A stretch of 60,040 bases of DNA, the filler included, from Actinomycetota bacterium (GTDB taxonomy: Bacteria; Actinomycetota; Acidimicrobiia; Spongiisociales; UBA4744), in assembly GCA_013152275.1 (NCBI GenBank). It is 3 parts of 3 records of this genome, joined end to end, with 100 filler letters (N's around TTAATTAATTAA, not from the genome) between each part and the next. Parts side by side here need not be neighbours in the genome. Positions count along the whole stretch, not along the records: positions 48,625 to 60,040 come from JAADGS010000077.1; 2 more parts are not named here. One strand, given 5' to 3'. The position numbers were made by a program, and so were the translations under genes. Under the pieces are notes generated by a model, which had not been told where the DNA came from, made no database searches, and saw only the letters and a program-made list of their open reading frames with translations. Of the stretch, positions 48,732 through 58,549 are shown one piece after another. The stretch's first letter is position 1, and the number at the start of each line of letters is the position of its first letter.

Positions 48732-49696
48732 ATCCCACGTTCGACGAGGCTGCCGAAGTACAGGTACCCGCCGGATTGGCGCACACCGGTGATGACCGCA
48801 TAGGCGCCGTTGGGATCCTGCAGGTTGTGCACGACGGTGCCGTGCTCGTCGACACCGAGGACGATCGCGTGACGTGACGGGGCGGGCTGGAAGCGTTCCG
48901 GCATGCCCGCCACCAGCTTGGCCAGCCACGGACGGGGCCCGAGCTTGTCGAGGATCTTGTCCCTGGGGCTCGCGATCGCGATCCAGAACACGTCCCCGTA
49001 CTGCGACACGTTGTCGGGGAAGCCGGGCAGGTTGTCGATCAGGACATCGACCTCGCCCTTGTGTTCACCGGTGAGCCAGAGGCGCGACACCCGGTACATG
49101 CTGGTCTCGGCGACCACCAGGAACGACTCGTCGGCGCTCAACGCGACACCGTTGGAGAAGTACAGGCCGTCGAGGAGCAGCTCGAGGTTGCCGTCGGGGT
49201 GCAGGGCGAACAGGCGCCCCGTGTTCGAATGCTCCATGAGATCCAGCTTGTAGTGCGCCACGTCGAACCGGGTGCTGGACACGCTGAAGTAGATCGTCCC
49301 GTCGGCGGCGATCGACGCGTTGTTCGTCTCGAGGAAGCGTTCGCCCTCGAAACTGTCGGCCAGCGTGGTGAGCGTCCCGTCCGGTTCGAGACGCAGGAGC
49401 CCCCGGTAGGCGTCACAGATGATGAGGTTGCCGTCGACGTCGAGCTCCACGCCGAGGGGTCGCCCGTTCGTGTTGGCGAGGATCTGGGGTGCCCCCCACT
49501 CGGCGTCCCAGCGCAGGATTCGGCCGTCTTCGATGCCGGTGAAGACATGCCCGTGATCGTCGAGCACGACGTCCTCGGGGCCGACACCGGGGCCGGGCCA
49601 GATGTCGACGTCGGCGAGGGCGTTGTTCACCTCGTAGACGCCGACGAGTTCGGGAGCAGCAGGAGGCTGCCATTTCACGGGGTCGATGCGGGCCAT
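48704..49696 (-). CDS. SMP-30/gluconolactonase/strictosidine synthase-like beta-propeller
   Basis: GPEDV, GRPLG, DAYRGLL, LYFSNGV, LPGFPDN. Confidence 0.92.
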   Translation of the reverse strand: MARIDPVKWQPPAAPELVGVYEVNNALADVDIWPGPGVGPEDVVLDDHGHVFTGIEDGRILRWDAEWGAPQILANTNGRPLGVELDVDGNLIICDAYRGLLRLEPDGTLTTLADSFEGERFLETNNASIAADGTIYFSVSSTRFDVAHYKLDLMEHSNTGRLFALHPDGNLELLLDGLYFSNGVALSADESFLVVAETSMYRVSRLWLTGEHKGEVDVLIDNLPGFPDNVSQYGDVFWIAIASPRDKILDKLGPRPWLAKLVAGMPERFQPAPSRHAIVLGVDEHGTVVHNLQDPNGAYAVITGVRQSGGYLYFGSLVERGIARLRLHDD

Positions 49697-49783
49697 CGGG
49701 TCACCTCCAGGGGGTCCACCCTACCGTCCGGGCTCGCCGACGCGCCGGGGCGGCCCGGTGTGCCGGGGTCGGGTCGGGTGGTC

Positions 49784-49945
49784 GGTGTGTCGAGGCGGCT
49801 GCCCGACCGCACAGGATGGACCCAGATCGTCGGCCTCGCCGCCCTCGTCGGCATCGGATTCACCGTGTCGCCGTTCGTCACCGATCTCGCTTCGGCGACG
49901 CAGGACCAGATCGTCCGAATCGTCCAGCGGATCTTGACGTCGTAG
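49784..49945 (+). pseudogene. nhaA: Fragment of Na+/H+ antiporter NhaA
   Basis: LPDRTGWTQIVGLAALVGIGFTVSPFVTDLA resembles the NhaA GIGFTMSLFI motif; rest of the gene absent. Confidence 0.7.
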
Positions 49946-50257
49946 GTTTCGAAACCAGTTTGGTCCCAGGCGACTGCTCCGGAATCCGTACAAGCTCGAA
50001 TGTGGCGGGAGGATCTTGGCGTCATCGTTCCGAATGCCCCCCACCACGGTGCCGGTTGCGCGGTGCGTTCCTTCCGAGGATCCCACCGGACGGTTGCCGA
50101 CACTCACCGTGACTACCCTCGGGACACCACATGGACCCGCACGATAGAGAGGGACATCGATGATTGGACCGGCCGTGGCAAGAGATGTTCCGGGGGGTCC
50201 GGTTTCTACGGCCATGGCCGCTCTCGAGGCCATAGGATCCGACGACAAGGGGAAGTC

Positions 50258-51838
50258 ATGTCTGTGAACCATCCGTACGCACACTTCTTGGGAGACATCC
50301 TGGCGGAGACGGCGAAGCGTGTCCCGGACAAGGAAGCGATCGTCTACAACGACGAACGGGTGACCTGGGCCGCCTTCGACCTGCGGGTCGATCATTTGGC
50401 CAAGGCCTTCCTCGAGATGGGGATCCAGCGTGGTGACCGGATCGGGATCATCTCGACCACTCGCCCCGAGTACCTGTACACGTACCTGGCGGCGGCACGC
50501 ATCGGTGCGATCCTCGTCGGGTTCAACATCCTCAGCTCCCCGTCGGAACTGGCCCGGCTTGCGAACATGACGAGGCCTGCGGCGATGGTGGTGCTCGGGC
50601 GTGTCGGCGACAAGGACGTGGCCGCCGGATTCGAGCCGCTCTTCGACTCGATGCCGTTCGTCGAGCACTACATCACGATCGGTGAGGGGGCACCGGACGG
50701 TGCCACCCGGTTCGAAGAGCTGATCGCCGCCGACCGATCCGACCAGGACACCGCCCTCGCTGCCCGCCGCGCAGAGATGGAGGAAGACGACGGCGTGCTC
50801 ATCGTGTTCACCTCCGGTTCTACCGGCGAACCCAAGGGTGCGCTGCTGACGCACAAGAGCATCATCGACAACATCGCCGTCGAGACGGCGAAACTCGGGT
50901 TTACGGAGGATGACCGGACCCTGCTACATCTGCCGCTGAGTCACGTGAGCGGCGCCACGGAGTTGTCCATACCTGCGCTGATGCTCGGCGCAACATTGAT
51001 CGTCAGGGATCATTTCCATCCGGCCGATACCCTCGACATCATCCAGAAGGAGCGAGTCACGCTGCTCGGCCAGGTCCCGACGATGTACATCATGGAGCTC
51101 AACCTCCCGAACTACGGCGACTACGACCTGTCATCGCTGCGGGCAGCGGTCGTGGCGGGGGCCGCCACACCGCCTCCTGTCATGCGGCAGATGATGGAGA
51201 TGGCGCCAATCGTGATCACCGGGTATGGGATGACCGAGGTCGGAGGTTTCGTCACATACACGGCACCAGATGACGATCCCGAAACGATTGGGCTCACCGT
51301 GGGAGCAATCGCTCCCGAGTTCGGGCTGCGGGTGGTGGACGACAGCCGCACCGAGCTTCCGACGGGCGAAGCGGGCGAGGTCGCGATTCGTGGAACGTGC
51401 GTGATGAAGGAGTACTTCGAGAATCCCGAAGAGACGGCGGCGTCGGTCGACGAGGACGGCTGGTTCTACACCGGAGACATCGGTCGGCTCGATGATCGCG
51501 GGTATCTGACACTCGTGGATCGCAAGAAGGAGATGTACATCACCGGCGGCTACAACGTCTATCCGCGAGAGGTCGAGGAGCAGATCAGCCACCATCCCGA
51601 GGTGGCGCTGGTTGCGTGCCTCGGCACCGACGATGCGGTGATGGGCGAGGTCGGATCCGTCTACATCGTTCCCAAGCCGGGTGCGGAGCTGAGCGCGAAT
51701 GAGGTCCTCGTGCACTGCCGGCAAGGCCTGGCCGAGTACAAGATCCCCCGGTATGTTCACATCCGGGAAGCCTTGCCACTGACCTCACTCGGCAAGGTGG
51801 ACAAGAGGAAGCTGCGCAGCGAGGTCGAGGGGGCATAG
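50258..51838 (+). CDS. Acyl-CoA synthetase (AMP-binding)
   Basis: FTSGSTGEPKG, GYGMTE, TGDIG, DRKKEMYITGG. Confidence 0.94.
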   Translation: MSVNHPYAHFLGDILAETAKRVPDKEAIVYNDERVTWAAFDLRVDHLAKAFLEMGIQRGDRIGIISTTRPEYLYTYLAAARIGAILVGFNILSSPSELARLANMTRPAAMVVLGRVGDKDVAAGFEPLFDSMPFVEHYITIGEGAPDGATRFEELIAADRSDQDTALAARRAEMEEDDGVLIVFTSGSTGEPKGALLTHKSIIDNIAVETAKLGFTEDDRTLLHLPLSHVSGATELSIPALMLGATLIVRDHFHPADTLDIIQKERVTLLGQVPTMYIMELNLPNYGDYDLSSLRAAVVAGAATPPPVMRQMMEMAPIVITGYGMTEVGGFVTYTAPDDDPETIGLTVGAIAPEFGLRVVDDSRTELPTGEAGEVAIRGTCVMKEYFENPEETAASVDEDGWFYTGDIGRLDDRGYLTLVDRKKEMYITGGYNVYPREVEEQISHHPEVALVACLGTDDAVMGEVGSVYIVPKPGAELSANEVLVHCRQGLAEYKIPRYVHIREALPLTSLGKVDKRKLRSEVEGA

Positions 51839-52581
51839 TGGAGACCCTTCGACTCGAAACCGACGGCCCCGTCACCTGGGTGTGGCTCGACCGGCCCGAG
51901 CGTCGGAACTCGTTCGACCAGACCACCCTCACCGAGCTGCGCGAATCGTTCGAGATGCTGGACGCAGACGAGACCGTCGGCGCCGTCGTCCTCGCCGCTC
52001 GCGGACCGGTCTTCTCCGCCGGCTTCGACGTCGAGTGGATGCTGAGACTCACCGCCAAGACGGTCAGACAAGAGCTCGCGGGCATCCGGGCGGTCTACGA
52101 CACGATCGAGGGGTGCTCGAAGCCGTTCATCGTCGCCGTAGACGGCCCGGCCGTGGGCGGCGGGCTGCTTCTCGCCCTCACCGCCGACATCCGGCTCGCC
52201 ACCGAGCGGGCCGGCTTCGGCGCCCCGGAAGTGAAGATCGGGATCTTCCCCTCGCTGGATCTCGTCCCGCGTCTGGAGCGAATCGTGGGGCTGGGAATGG
52301 CAAAGCGCATGGTCCTGACCGGCGACATGATCTCCGCCTCCGAGGCCGAGGGCTCCGGGCTCGTCGGGCGCCTCATCTCACCAGACTCGCTACTCGATGA
52401 GGCGGGAACGTTGGCGAGAGATCTCGCAGACCTCCCTCCGATGGGCGTGCAAACAGCGAAGAAGGCGTTCGCGGCGTCGCGGCGTCCCGGACATGCCGAG
52501 TGGGAGATCGATGCGTTCACCCGTTGCTGGACGTCGCCGGAACGTGAGCCGGCAATGCGGGCGTTTCTGCAATCCAGATGA
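51838..52581 (+). CDS. Enoyl-CoA hydratase/isomerase family protein
   Basis: LDRPERRNS, FSAGFD, AVDGPAVGGG, PEVKIG. Confidence 0.92.
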   Translation: METLRLETDGPVTWVWLDRPERRNSFDQTTLTELRESFEMLDADETVGAVVLAARGPVFSAGFDVEWMLRLTAKTVRQELAGIRAVYDTIEGCSKPFIVAVDGPAVGGGLLLALTADIRLATERAGFGAPEVKIGIFPSLDLVPRLERIVGLGMAKRMVLTGDMISASEAEGSGLVGRLISPDSLLDEAGTLARDLADLPPMGVQTAKKAFAASRRPGHAEWEIDAFTRCWTSPEREPAMRAFLQSR

Positions 52582-52659
52582 CGGCGATACGAACTAGCGC
52601 CGTCACCGCCCCAACAGGGCACGGCGCGACCGGGGCAGCCAGGTCTCGCCCCTTCTTCC

Positions 52660-52965
52660 CCCGGTACGGATGGGCATGCACGGACCCGTACGCGGCCTGA
52701 CTGCCGATCACCAGGATCTCGGATACGCCAAGGACCGCCCCTGTGGCTCGGATGGCATCATCAAACTCGCCCCCTCGTCATGATGCCGACTCGCTCCGGG
52801 CGGACTGCCCACAGATCCGAGCCCGTTCCGTAGCCGTCAAGACGCCTGCGAACGGGGTGACATACGGCAGCTCACGGGCGTGCGGCCGATGATCGACCGG
52901 AACATCGGCAATCTCTTCGACCCGACGCTCGAGAATCAGCACCTATTCGTCCAGCAATCCATGAG
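52660..52965 (-). pseudogene. Decayed toxin-antitoxin pair: antitoxin C-terminal remnant plus N-terminal fragment of a DUF6036-like nucleotidyltransferase
   Basis: Broken frames reading ..HARELPYVTPFAGVLTATERARI, then from ATG 52781 MTR-GEFDDAIRA-..VLGVSEILVIGSQAAYGSV. Confidence 0.5.
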
Positions 52966-53038
52966 CTGTGGGATGCTGCTGCTCCATACGACAGAGCTTT
53001 CGTCGCTCCCGAGGCGGCGCAGCGGCGGGCTCTTGCGT

Positions 53039-53097
53039 TGTCAAGGGCCATCTTGACGTCCTCGCCGGTGGCCGACGGCGATCTCCGCCGGTGGCCA
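53039..53097 (+). mobile_element. Orphan IS21-family-like terminal repeat
   Basis: TGTCAAGGGCCA followed by tandem CGCCGGTGGCC subterminal repeats; no istA/istB. Confidence 0.55.
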
Positions 53098-53125
53098 AGG
53101 ACAACCCGTTTCGAGGCTTACTGTC

Positions 53126-54034
53126 TCATTCCAGCCAATATGCTCGGGCGTGCTGGCGCGAGTAGACAATGACGAGCGCAAGCAGGGTTGCTGCAAACGG
53201 AATCGCCGCGGTAAGTTGCACGGGCAAACCGCTGGTCTGAAGACGTAGTCCCGCCGCGATGATGAACGTAAACGCCGCGCCGATCGTCAGAACCCGGAGT
53301 GTGCTGCCGAAGGCCAGCATCACGATCACCACAGCGATCCAACCGCGTCCGGCCGTCATGTTTCCCGTGAAGAGCGTGACCTGCCCGATGGATAGCTGGG
53401 CGCCGCCCAGACCCGCCAGCAGGCCGGCCAGGACAAGGGCGAGGTACCGCATACGGGTGGCACTGACCCCGAGCGACTCGGCGGCGTCCGGGTGCATGCC
53501 TACGCCGCGTATTCGTAGCCCGATGACGTGGTGCTCGAGGAACCAGTGAGTCGCCGGCACCATGGCTATCGCCAGATAGATGAGGGCTGAGTGGCCGGAC
53601 AACAGCTCGCCAAGGATCGGGATACCGTCGATGAAGGGAATCCGGATCGCATGCAATCCGAGGATCCTGGGATCGTCAAAGCTTCCCCGGGTGTCGAAGA
53701 GCAGTCGCAGCAAGAAACCCGTAATGCCGATCGCGGCAAGGTTGAGAGCGACGCCTGCGACGAACTCGTCACCGTCGAAGCTCACAACGATCACGGCAAG
53801 GAGTAGCGAGTACGTCGCTCCCGCGATCACTGCAACTGCGACGCCGGCCCAGGCGCTCTCGAAATGGTATGAGCCCCACACCGCGGCAAAGGCGCCGATC
53901 AACATGTTGCCTTCGAGAGCGATGTTGAAGATCCCCGCGCGCTCGGAGATGAAGCCGCCGAGTGCGACAAGCAGGATCGGAGCCAGGGCGCGAACGGCCG
54001 TGGAGAGGATTTCCGGATTGAGGAGTGCCTCCAT
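53126..54034 (-). CDS. Nucleoside/sugar (CUT2-type) ABC permease
   Basis: SERAGIFNIALEG, GLRIRGVG..AAESLGV, MTAGRGWIA. Confidence 0.93.
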   Translation of the reverse strand: MEALLNPEILSTAVRALAPILLVALGGFISERAGIFNIALEGNMLIGAFAAVWGSYHFESAWAGVAVAVIAGATYSLLLAVIVVSFDGDEFVAGVALNLAAIGITGFLLRLLFDTRGSFDDPRILGLHAIRIPFIDGIPILGELLSGHSALIYLAIAMVPATHWFLEHHVIGLRIRGVGMHPDAAESLGVSATRMRYLALVLAGLLAGLGGAQLSIGQVTLFTGNMTAGRGWIAVVIVMLAFGSTLRVLTIGAAFTFIIAAGLRLQTSGLPVQLTAAIPFAATLLALVIVYSRQHARAYWLE

Positions 54035-55050
54035 CAGCCAACCGGCTTTGACTTGGCTGCAAGGCCAACCTGCACCGTCATCATCAAGATGATGGTTGCC
54101 TGCAGTATCGCTATGAATTCGAACGGTACGTTGGTCGCTCGCTCGATACCGGCGGCACCAGACGCCAAGATGCCGAAGAAGGCGCTCGTCAACACGAGAA
54201 CCCACGCTCGGCGGCCCGCAAGGATTGCCGCCAAGATGCCAGTCCACGCGACGCCGGCAGTTGTGAGGACACCATCCGCGTAGCGATAGTGGACACCGAG
54301 GATCACGACCGCTCCTGTCAGCGCGGCAATCGAGCCCGAAAGGCCGAGGACGACGTAGGTCGTGCTTTTGATATCGATACCGGATGCTTCAGCAAAATCG
54401 CGATTGGCACCCATCATCCGGAGCCGATAGCCGAATCTCGTCCGGTTCACCAATACTGCAGTTGCTGCCACGACCGCCAAGATGATGAAGACGCCGTAGC
54501 CGAGTGTCGTACCGGCGACCAGGCGAGGAATGCGCACCGATTCCCTGACCGGAATTGTTTGCCCGCCGAGGGATCCGCCTTCCTGGAACGTGAAATTGAC
54601 GAGGTACGACACGGCGCCGACCGCGATGAAGTTCAGCAGCAACGTGCTGATCAGGATCGGAACGCGGTACCGGATCTCCAGGTATCCACCGAGGATTGCG
54701 AGCAGTGCTCCAGCAAGAGCGCTCACCGCAAGTGTCGTCGGGATGGCGACAACTCCAGGCAGGCTTATCGCTGCACCGACCACGGCTGCAGTCAGTCCTC
54801 CCAATGCGAGTTGACCTTCTTGGCCTATGTTGAAGATCCCGGCACGAAGTGAAAGCCAGGCCGCACCGCCAACCCCCAAGATCGGAAGAACCCGTGCTGC
54901 CGTCATGGCAATTCGTTTCCCATCGCCGAGTGACTCGAACAACAGAGCGCGATAGGTGGCCATCGGGCTCTCCCCCGTCACGGCAACGATGAGGATCGCC
55001 AGCGCCAGCGTGACAAGACCTACCGTAAGCAGTCGGAGCGACCGCGTCAC
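54034..55050 (-). CDS. Nucleoside/sugar (CUT2-type) ABC permease
   Basis: RAGIFNIGQEGQ, ISTLLLNF, GYRLRMMGAN..FAEASGI. Confidence 0.93.
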   Translation of the reverse strand: MTRSLRLLTVGLVTLALAILIVAVTGESPMATYRALLFESLGDGKRIAMTAARVLPILGVGGAAWLSLRAGIFNIGQEGQLALGGLTAAVVGAAISLPGVVAIPTTLAVSALAGALLAILGGYLEIRYRVPILISTLLLNFIAVGAVSYLVNFTFQEGGSLGGQTIPVRESVRIPRLVAGTTLGYGVFIILAVVAATAVLVNRTRFGYRLRMMGANRDFAEASGIDIKSTTYVVLGLSGSIAALTGAVVILGVHYRYADGVLTTAGVAWTGILAAILAGRRAWVLVLTSAFFGILASGAAGIERATNVPFEFIAILQATIILMMTVQVGLAAKSKPVG

Positions 55051-56591
55051 TGGAGTGCCATCTCTGCGCCTGGGCCATCCGAACTACCCAGACCTGCCAT
55101 GTATCGACCGATGGTGTATCGATCCGTGCCACTCGGCACCTCGGCGACTATGCGACCATCGAACATGACCAGGATGCGCTGACTCAACTTGGTTATCTCC
55201 TCCAGGTCGGCCGAGATCAGCAGAACGGAGGTGCCCGCTCTGCGGTGCGCTTCAAGCGCGTCGCGGATTTGTTCGGTAGCGCCGATATCGACACCTCGAG
55301 TTGGTTGCTCCGCGATAATGAGTGAACTATCCAGTTCGAGTTCTCGGCCCACGACGAGCCTTTGGGCGTTGCCTCCTGACAAGTCGCGAGCTGCCGTGCC
55401 TCCACCGCGGACGTTGAAGGTCGTGACGACTTGGTCGGCCCAAGATCGCATCGCCGCTCGATCGAGCCATCCTCGTCGGCTCAGGCCATGGCGCTCGAAA
55501 TGTCCCATGGCCACGTTATCCAGCACGCTCTCGCCGCCGGCAAGGCCCCGCCGGAAACGATCCTCGGGAATGAAAGCCAATCCGAGATCGCGGCGTTCCT
55601 TGACCGTTGTGTTCGTGATATCGCGTCCCGAGAGCTCGATCCTGCCACCGAGGCTCCTGCGGAGGCCCACGAGTGCCTCGACCAACTGTTCTTGCCCGTT
55701 TCCAGACACGCCGGCGATGCCGACTATCTCCCCTCCTCCAATGTCAAAGCTGATGTCTTGCAGCGCAACTGCATTCGTTCCTGACGTGGATAGGTTCTGG
55801 ACCGTAAGGACCGGGCTCCCCGGCGAGACAGACGCGACAGGTCCGCGCTTGCCGAGACTGCGACCGACCATCATGTGGATCAGCGCCTCGGCGTCGACGT
55901 CGGCCGTCCTGACCTCGCCGACAACTCTTCCTCCGCGAAGCACGGTGGCGGCGTCGCTGATCGCAAACACTTCGGGCAGGCGATGTGTGATGAAGACGAT
56001 GGTCCGCCCCGATTCGCGCAACGACCGCAGAACGGTGAACAGTTCGTCGGCCTCCTGGGGAGTGAGCACCGCAGTAGGCTCGTCGAGCACCAGCACTTCG
56101 GCGCCGCGATAGAGAACCTTGAGTAGCTCGACCCGCTGTCGTTGCCCAACGGCGAGATCTCCGACCAGAGCTGCCGGATCGACGTGCAGCCCAACTCTCT
56201 CACATAGCTGGGCTACCGCGGTTTCGGCATCCCCCTTGCGGTACCACCCGTGCCGAGCGGGCTCGGCGCCGAAGACGATGTTCTCCGCAACCGTGAGGCG
56301 ATCGAACAGCATGAAGTGCTGGTGGACCATGCCAATCCCCGCTCGCACCGCAGATCTCGGTCCATGGAAATCGACTTCTTCTCCCTGAACAAAGATCTCG
56401 CCTTCGTCGGCCCGTTCCACGCCGGCAAGAATGCGCATGAGTGTTGACTTGCCCGCGCCGTTCTCGCCCACAAGTGCAGTGATTTCAGCTCGACGTGCCC
56501 GGAAATGTGCACCACTCAGCGCAGTAGTGGAGCCGAATCGCTTCGAGATGTCTCGCATCTCGATCCCCAACGGACCAGACGTGTTCGTCAA
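55047..56591 (-). CDS. Nucleoside/sugar ABC ATP-binding protein (two ATPase domains)
   Basis: GENGAGKST, GMVHQHFML, LDEPTAVLT, GVSGNGQ, LSGGNAQR; TTG 56591 overlaps the upstream stop. Confidence 0.94.
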   Translation of the reverse strand: MTNTSGPLGIEMRDISKRFGSTTALSGAHFRARRAEITALVGENGAGKSTLMRILAGVERADEGEIFVQGEEVDFHGPRSAVRAGIGMVHQHFMLFDRLTVAENIVFGAEPARHGWYRKGDAETAVAQLCERVGLHVDPAALVGDLAVGQRQRVELLKVLYRGAEVLVLDEPTAVLTPQEADELFTVLRSLRESGRTIVFITHRLPEVFAISDAATVLRGGRVVGEVRTADVDAEALIHMMVGRSLGKRGPVASVSPGSPVLTVQNLSTSGTNAVALQDISFDIGGGEIVGIAGVSGNGQEQLVEALVGLRRSLGGRIELSGRDITNTTVKERRDLGLAFIPEDRFRRGLAGGESVLDNVAMGHFERHGLSRRGWLDRAAMRSWADQVVTTFNVRGGGTAARDLSGGNAQRLVVGRELELDSSLIIAEQPTRGVDIGATEQIRDALEAHRRAGTSVLLISADLEEITKLSQRILVMFDGRIVAEVPSGTDRYTIGRYMAGLGSSDGPGAEMALQ

Positions 56592-57556
56592 ACCGGTCCC
56601 TTCACTCGCGCAGCGATCCACCTCCCAATGGTGTCCGTGGCGATGGCTGCCATTGGAGTAGGAAACGCGTCGAACGCGTGGATGGAACTGGGATACACAT
56701 GCACACTCGTCGAATTGTCCGCCGCCATCCAACGGGCACCCATGATCAATGTGTCATCGAGGAGCGGGTCGAGGTCACCCACCGTGAAGAGGGCGTCGGG
56801 CATATCACTCAGGTCGGCGTATATGGGCGACACAGCCGGATCCGCTCTATCGCCGACGTAGTCGACGAGAAAATTGTCAATCATGAATTGCACGGTCGCC
56901 AGCGGCAGCACATGCCCGTCGGGTCGCAACCGCAAACTTGGACTCATCGACAGGTCGTAGAGGCCATAGAGTAGATTGGCGCCGCAGAACTCCCTGGCGG
57001 CGTCGTGGTGGTCCCTGAGACGGAGCAACGCCAACGTGGCGAGATGGGCGCCTGAAGACTCGCCACCTATCACCAGTCGATCAACGTTCAGCTCGGATCT
57101 GCCCGTCTCGAGAAGCCAGAGAGCGATACTCTCACAGTCGTCCACCGCCTGCGGGTATGGGTGTTCAGGGGCCAGCCCGTAGCTTGCACAGACAACCGTA
57201 ACCTCGGCATCACACGCCAGCCGCCACATGCGTGTGTCTTGAAGGTCGGGCGCTCCTGACACCCACCCACCGCCATGAATGAACAGATACGCGCCATTGC
57301 TCACGGTCGGCTCGAAGATTCGGACAACCGCCGGGCCGCGACGAGTTTCAACCGTCCGTTGCTCGGCCTGGGCAACATGCGTCGGCGCCGGAAACCCTCC
57401 CCCACCTTCACGGTATCGGCGCCGGGCCTCAGATATCCCCATTTCCTCGAGGGGAGCCTCCGAGAGCTGTTCGTCCATCACCAGCTCATTGACTCTCACG
57501 CTATCGGCTTCGTAGGCGGTGAGTGGGCCATCAGGAATCCAGATCATCTTCGCCAT
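56588..57556 (-). CDS. Hormone-sensitive-lipase-family alpha/beta hydrolase
   Basis: HGGGW, APEHPYP, GESSGAHL, DPLLDD, HAF. Confidence 0.92.
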   Translation of the reverse strand: MAKMIWIPDGPLTAYEADSVRVNELVMDEQLSEAPLEEMGISEARRRYREGGGGFPAPTHVAQAEQRTVETRRGPAVVRIFEPTVSNGAYLFIHGGGWVSGAPDLQDTRMWRLACDAEVTVVCASYGLAPEHPYPQAVDDCESIALWLLETGRSELNVDRLVIGGESSGAHLATLALLRLRDHHDAAREFCGANLLYGLYDLSMSPSLRLRPDGHVLPLATVQFMIDNFLVDYVGDRADPAVSPIYADLSDMPDALFTVGDLDPLLDDTLIMGARWMAADNSTSVHVYPSSIHAFDAFPTPMAAIATDTIGRWIAARVKGPV

Positions 57557-58284
57557 CAAGGCTTCTCCGGCCGTTCGGGGTAGAGAACGACCTGGCCGTG
57601 TTGAATGATGCCCGGACGGTGATAGCTGTGCAGATGCACGACGCGCTGGCCCGTCGACGTGACAAGCACCCCATCGAAAGAAAGGAGGGGGGCCGCGACA
57701 TCGACCTCGAGCATCGATGCGAGCGCCTCTGTGGCAGGCACCGCGTCGACGAGATCAACCCTCCACTGGGGCAATTCGCCGTAGATCTCGTTGACAGCGT
57801 CGCCGACCGGCGCGCTCACGTCGGTATTGATCGTCATGGGCCATTTGGGCAGCAGCAGCGTCTCGACCTCGACCATGACGGGTCTTTCTCCACCGCTCCA
57901 TAGCTTGATCGAGCGTCGCGCAGGTTGGCCCACATCGACCTGAAGCCGATCGGCTACTTCCTTGTCCACCAACACCGGGCCTGATTCGATTACCCGAACT
58001 GAAGGCTCCAGGCCGGCTGCCAAGAGCCTCGCTCGAAAGTCGCTCTGGGGAAGGGCACTCGAAATCTCGACGGCCGCCGGGTTCATGGCTGTCGCGGTGC
58101 CGTGCCGTCGCTTCACCACTCCTTCAGCTTCCAGGCGCGAGAACGCCTCGCGGACGGTGGTACGGCTGACGTCGAGTTCCTCGACGAGTTCGGACTCGGT
58201 GGGAAAGGGCTGCTCATTGGATACCGCCTCGGCCGCCTTCAGCCGGAGGCGGTTGGCAACGCTCTCGACCAGGTACCTACTCAT
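57556..58284 (-). CDS. GntR family regulator (HutC/UTRA subfamily)
   Basis: FPTESELVEELDVSRTTVREA..L..EG..RRHGTAT plus UTRA-like C-terminus. Confidence 0.9.
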   Translation of the reverse strand: MSRYLVESVANRLRLKAAEAVSNEQPFPTESELVEELDVSRTTVREAFSRLEAEGVVKRRHGTATAMNPAAVEISSALPQSDFRARLLAAGLEPSVRVIESGPVLVDKEVADRLQVDVGQPARRSIKLWSGGERPVMVEVETLLLPKWPMTINTDVSAPVGDAVNEIYGELPQWRVDLVDAVPATEALASMLEVDVAAPLLSFDGVLVTSTGQRVVHLHSYHRPGIIQHGQVVLYPERPEKP

Positions 58285-58549
58285 CGGCACGCCCCTCGAG
58301 GCAGCCGCCGATAGTCGCGTAGAACACGCCGCGACGACGCAATCGATCCCCGCCCAGCTCTCGCCCGTATGTCGCTGGGTGGTGAATCAGGCACGCTATA
58401 CATCCTATCACTCCATACATGTGGCCCCCAACTCATAATAGCTCTACTTGATATCCCTACCGTAAGATAGTATACCTTACCTTCACACGAGGTTAGTGAC
58501 ATCATGACTGACCGTCGGTAGCTTCGCGGCCCGTGCGAAAGGAGATCTG

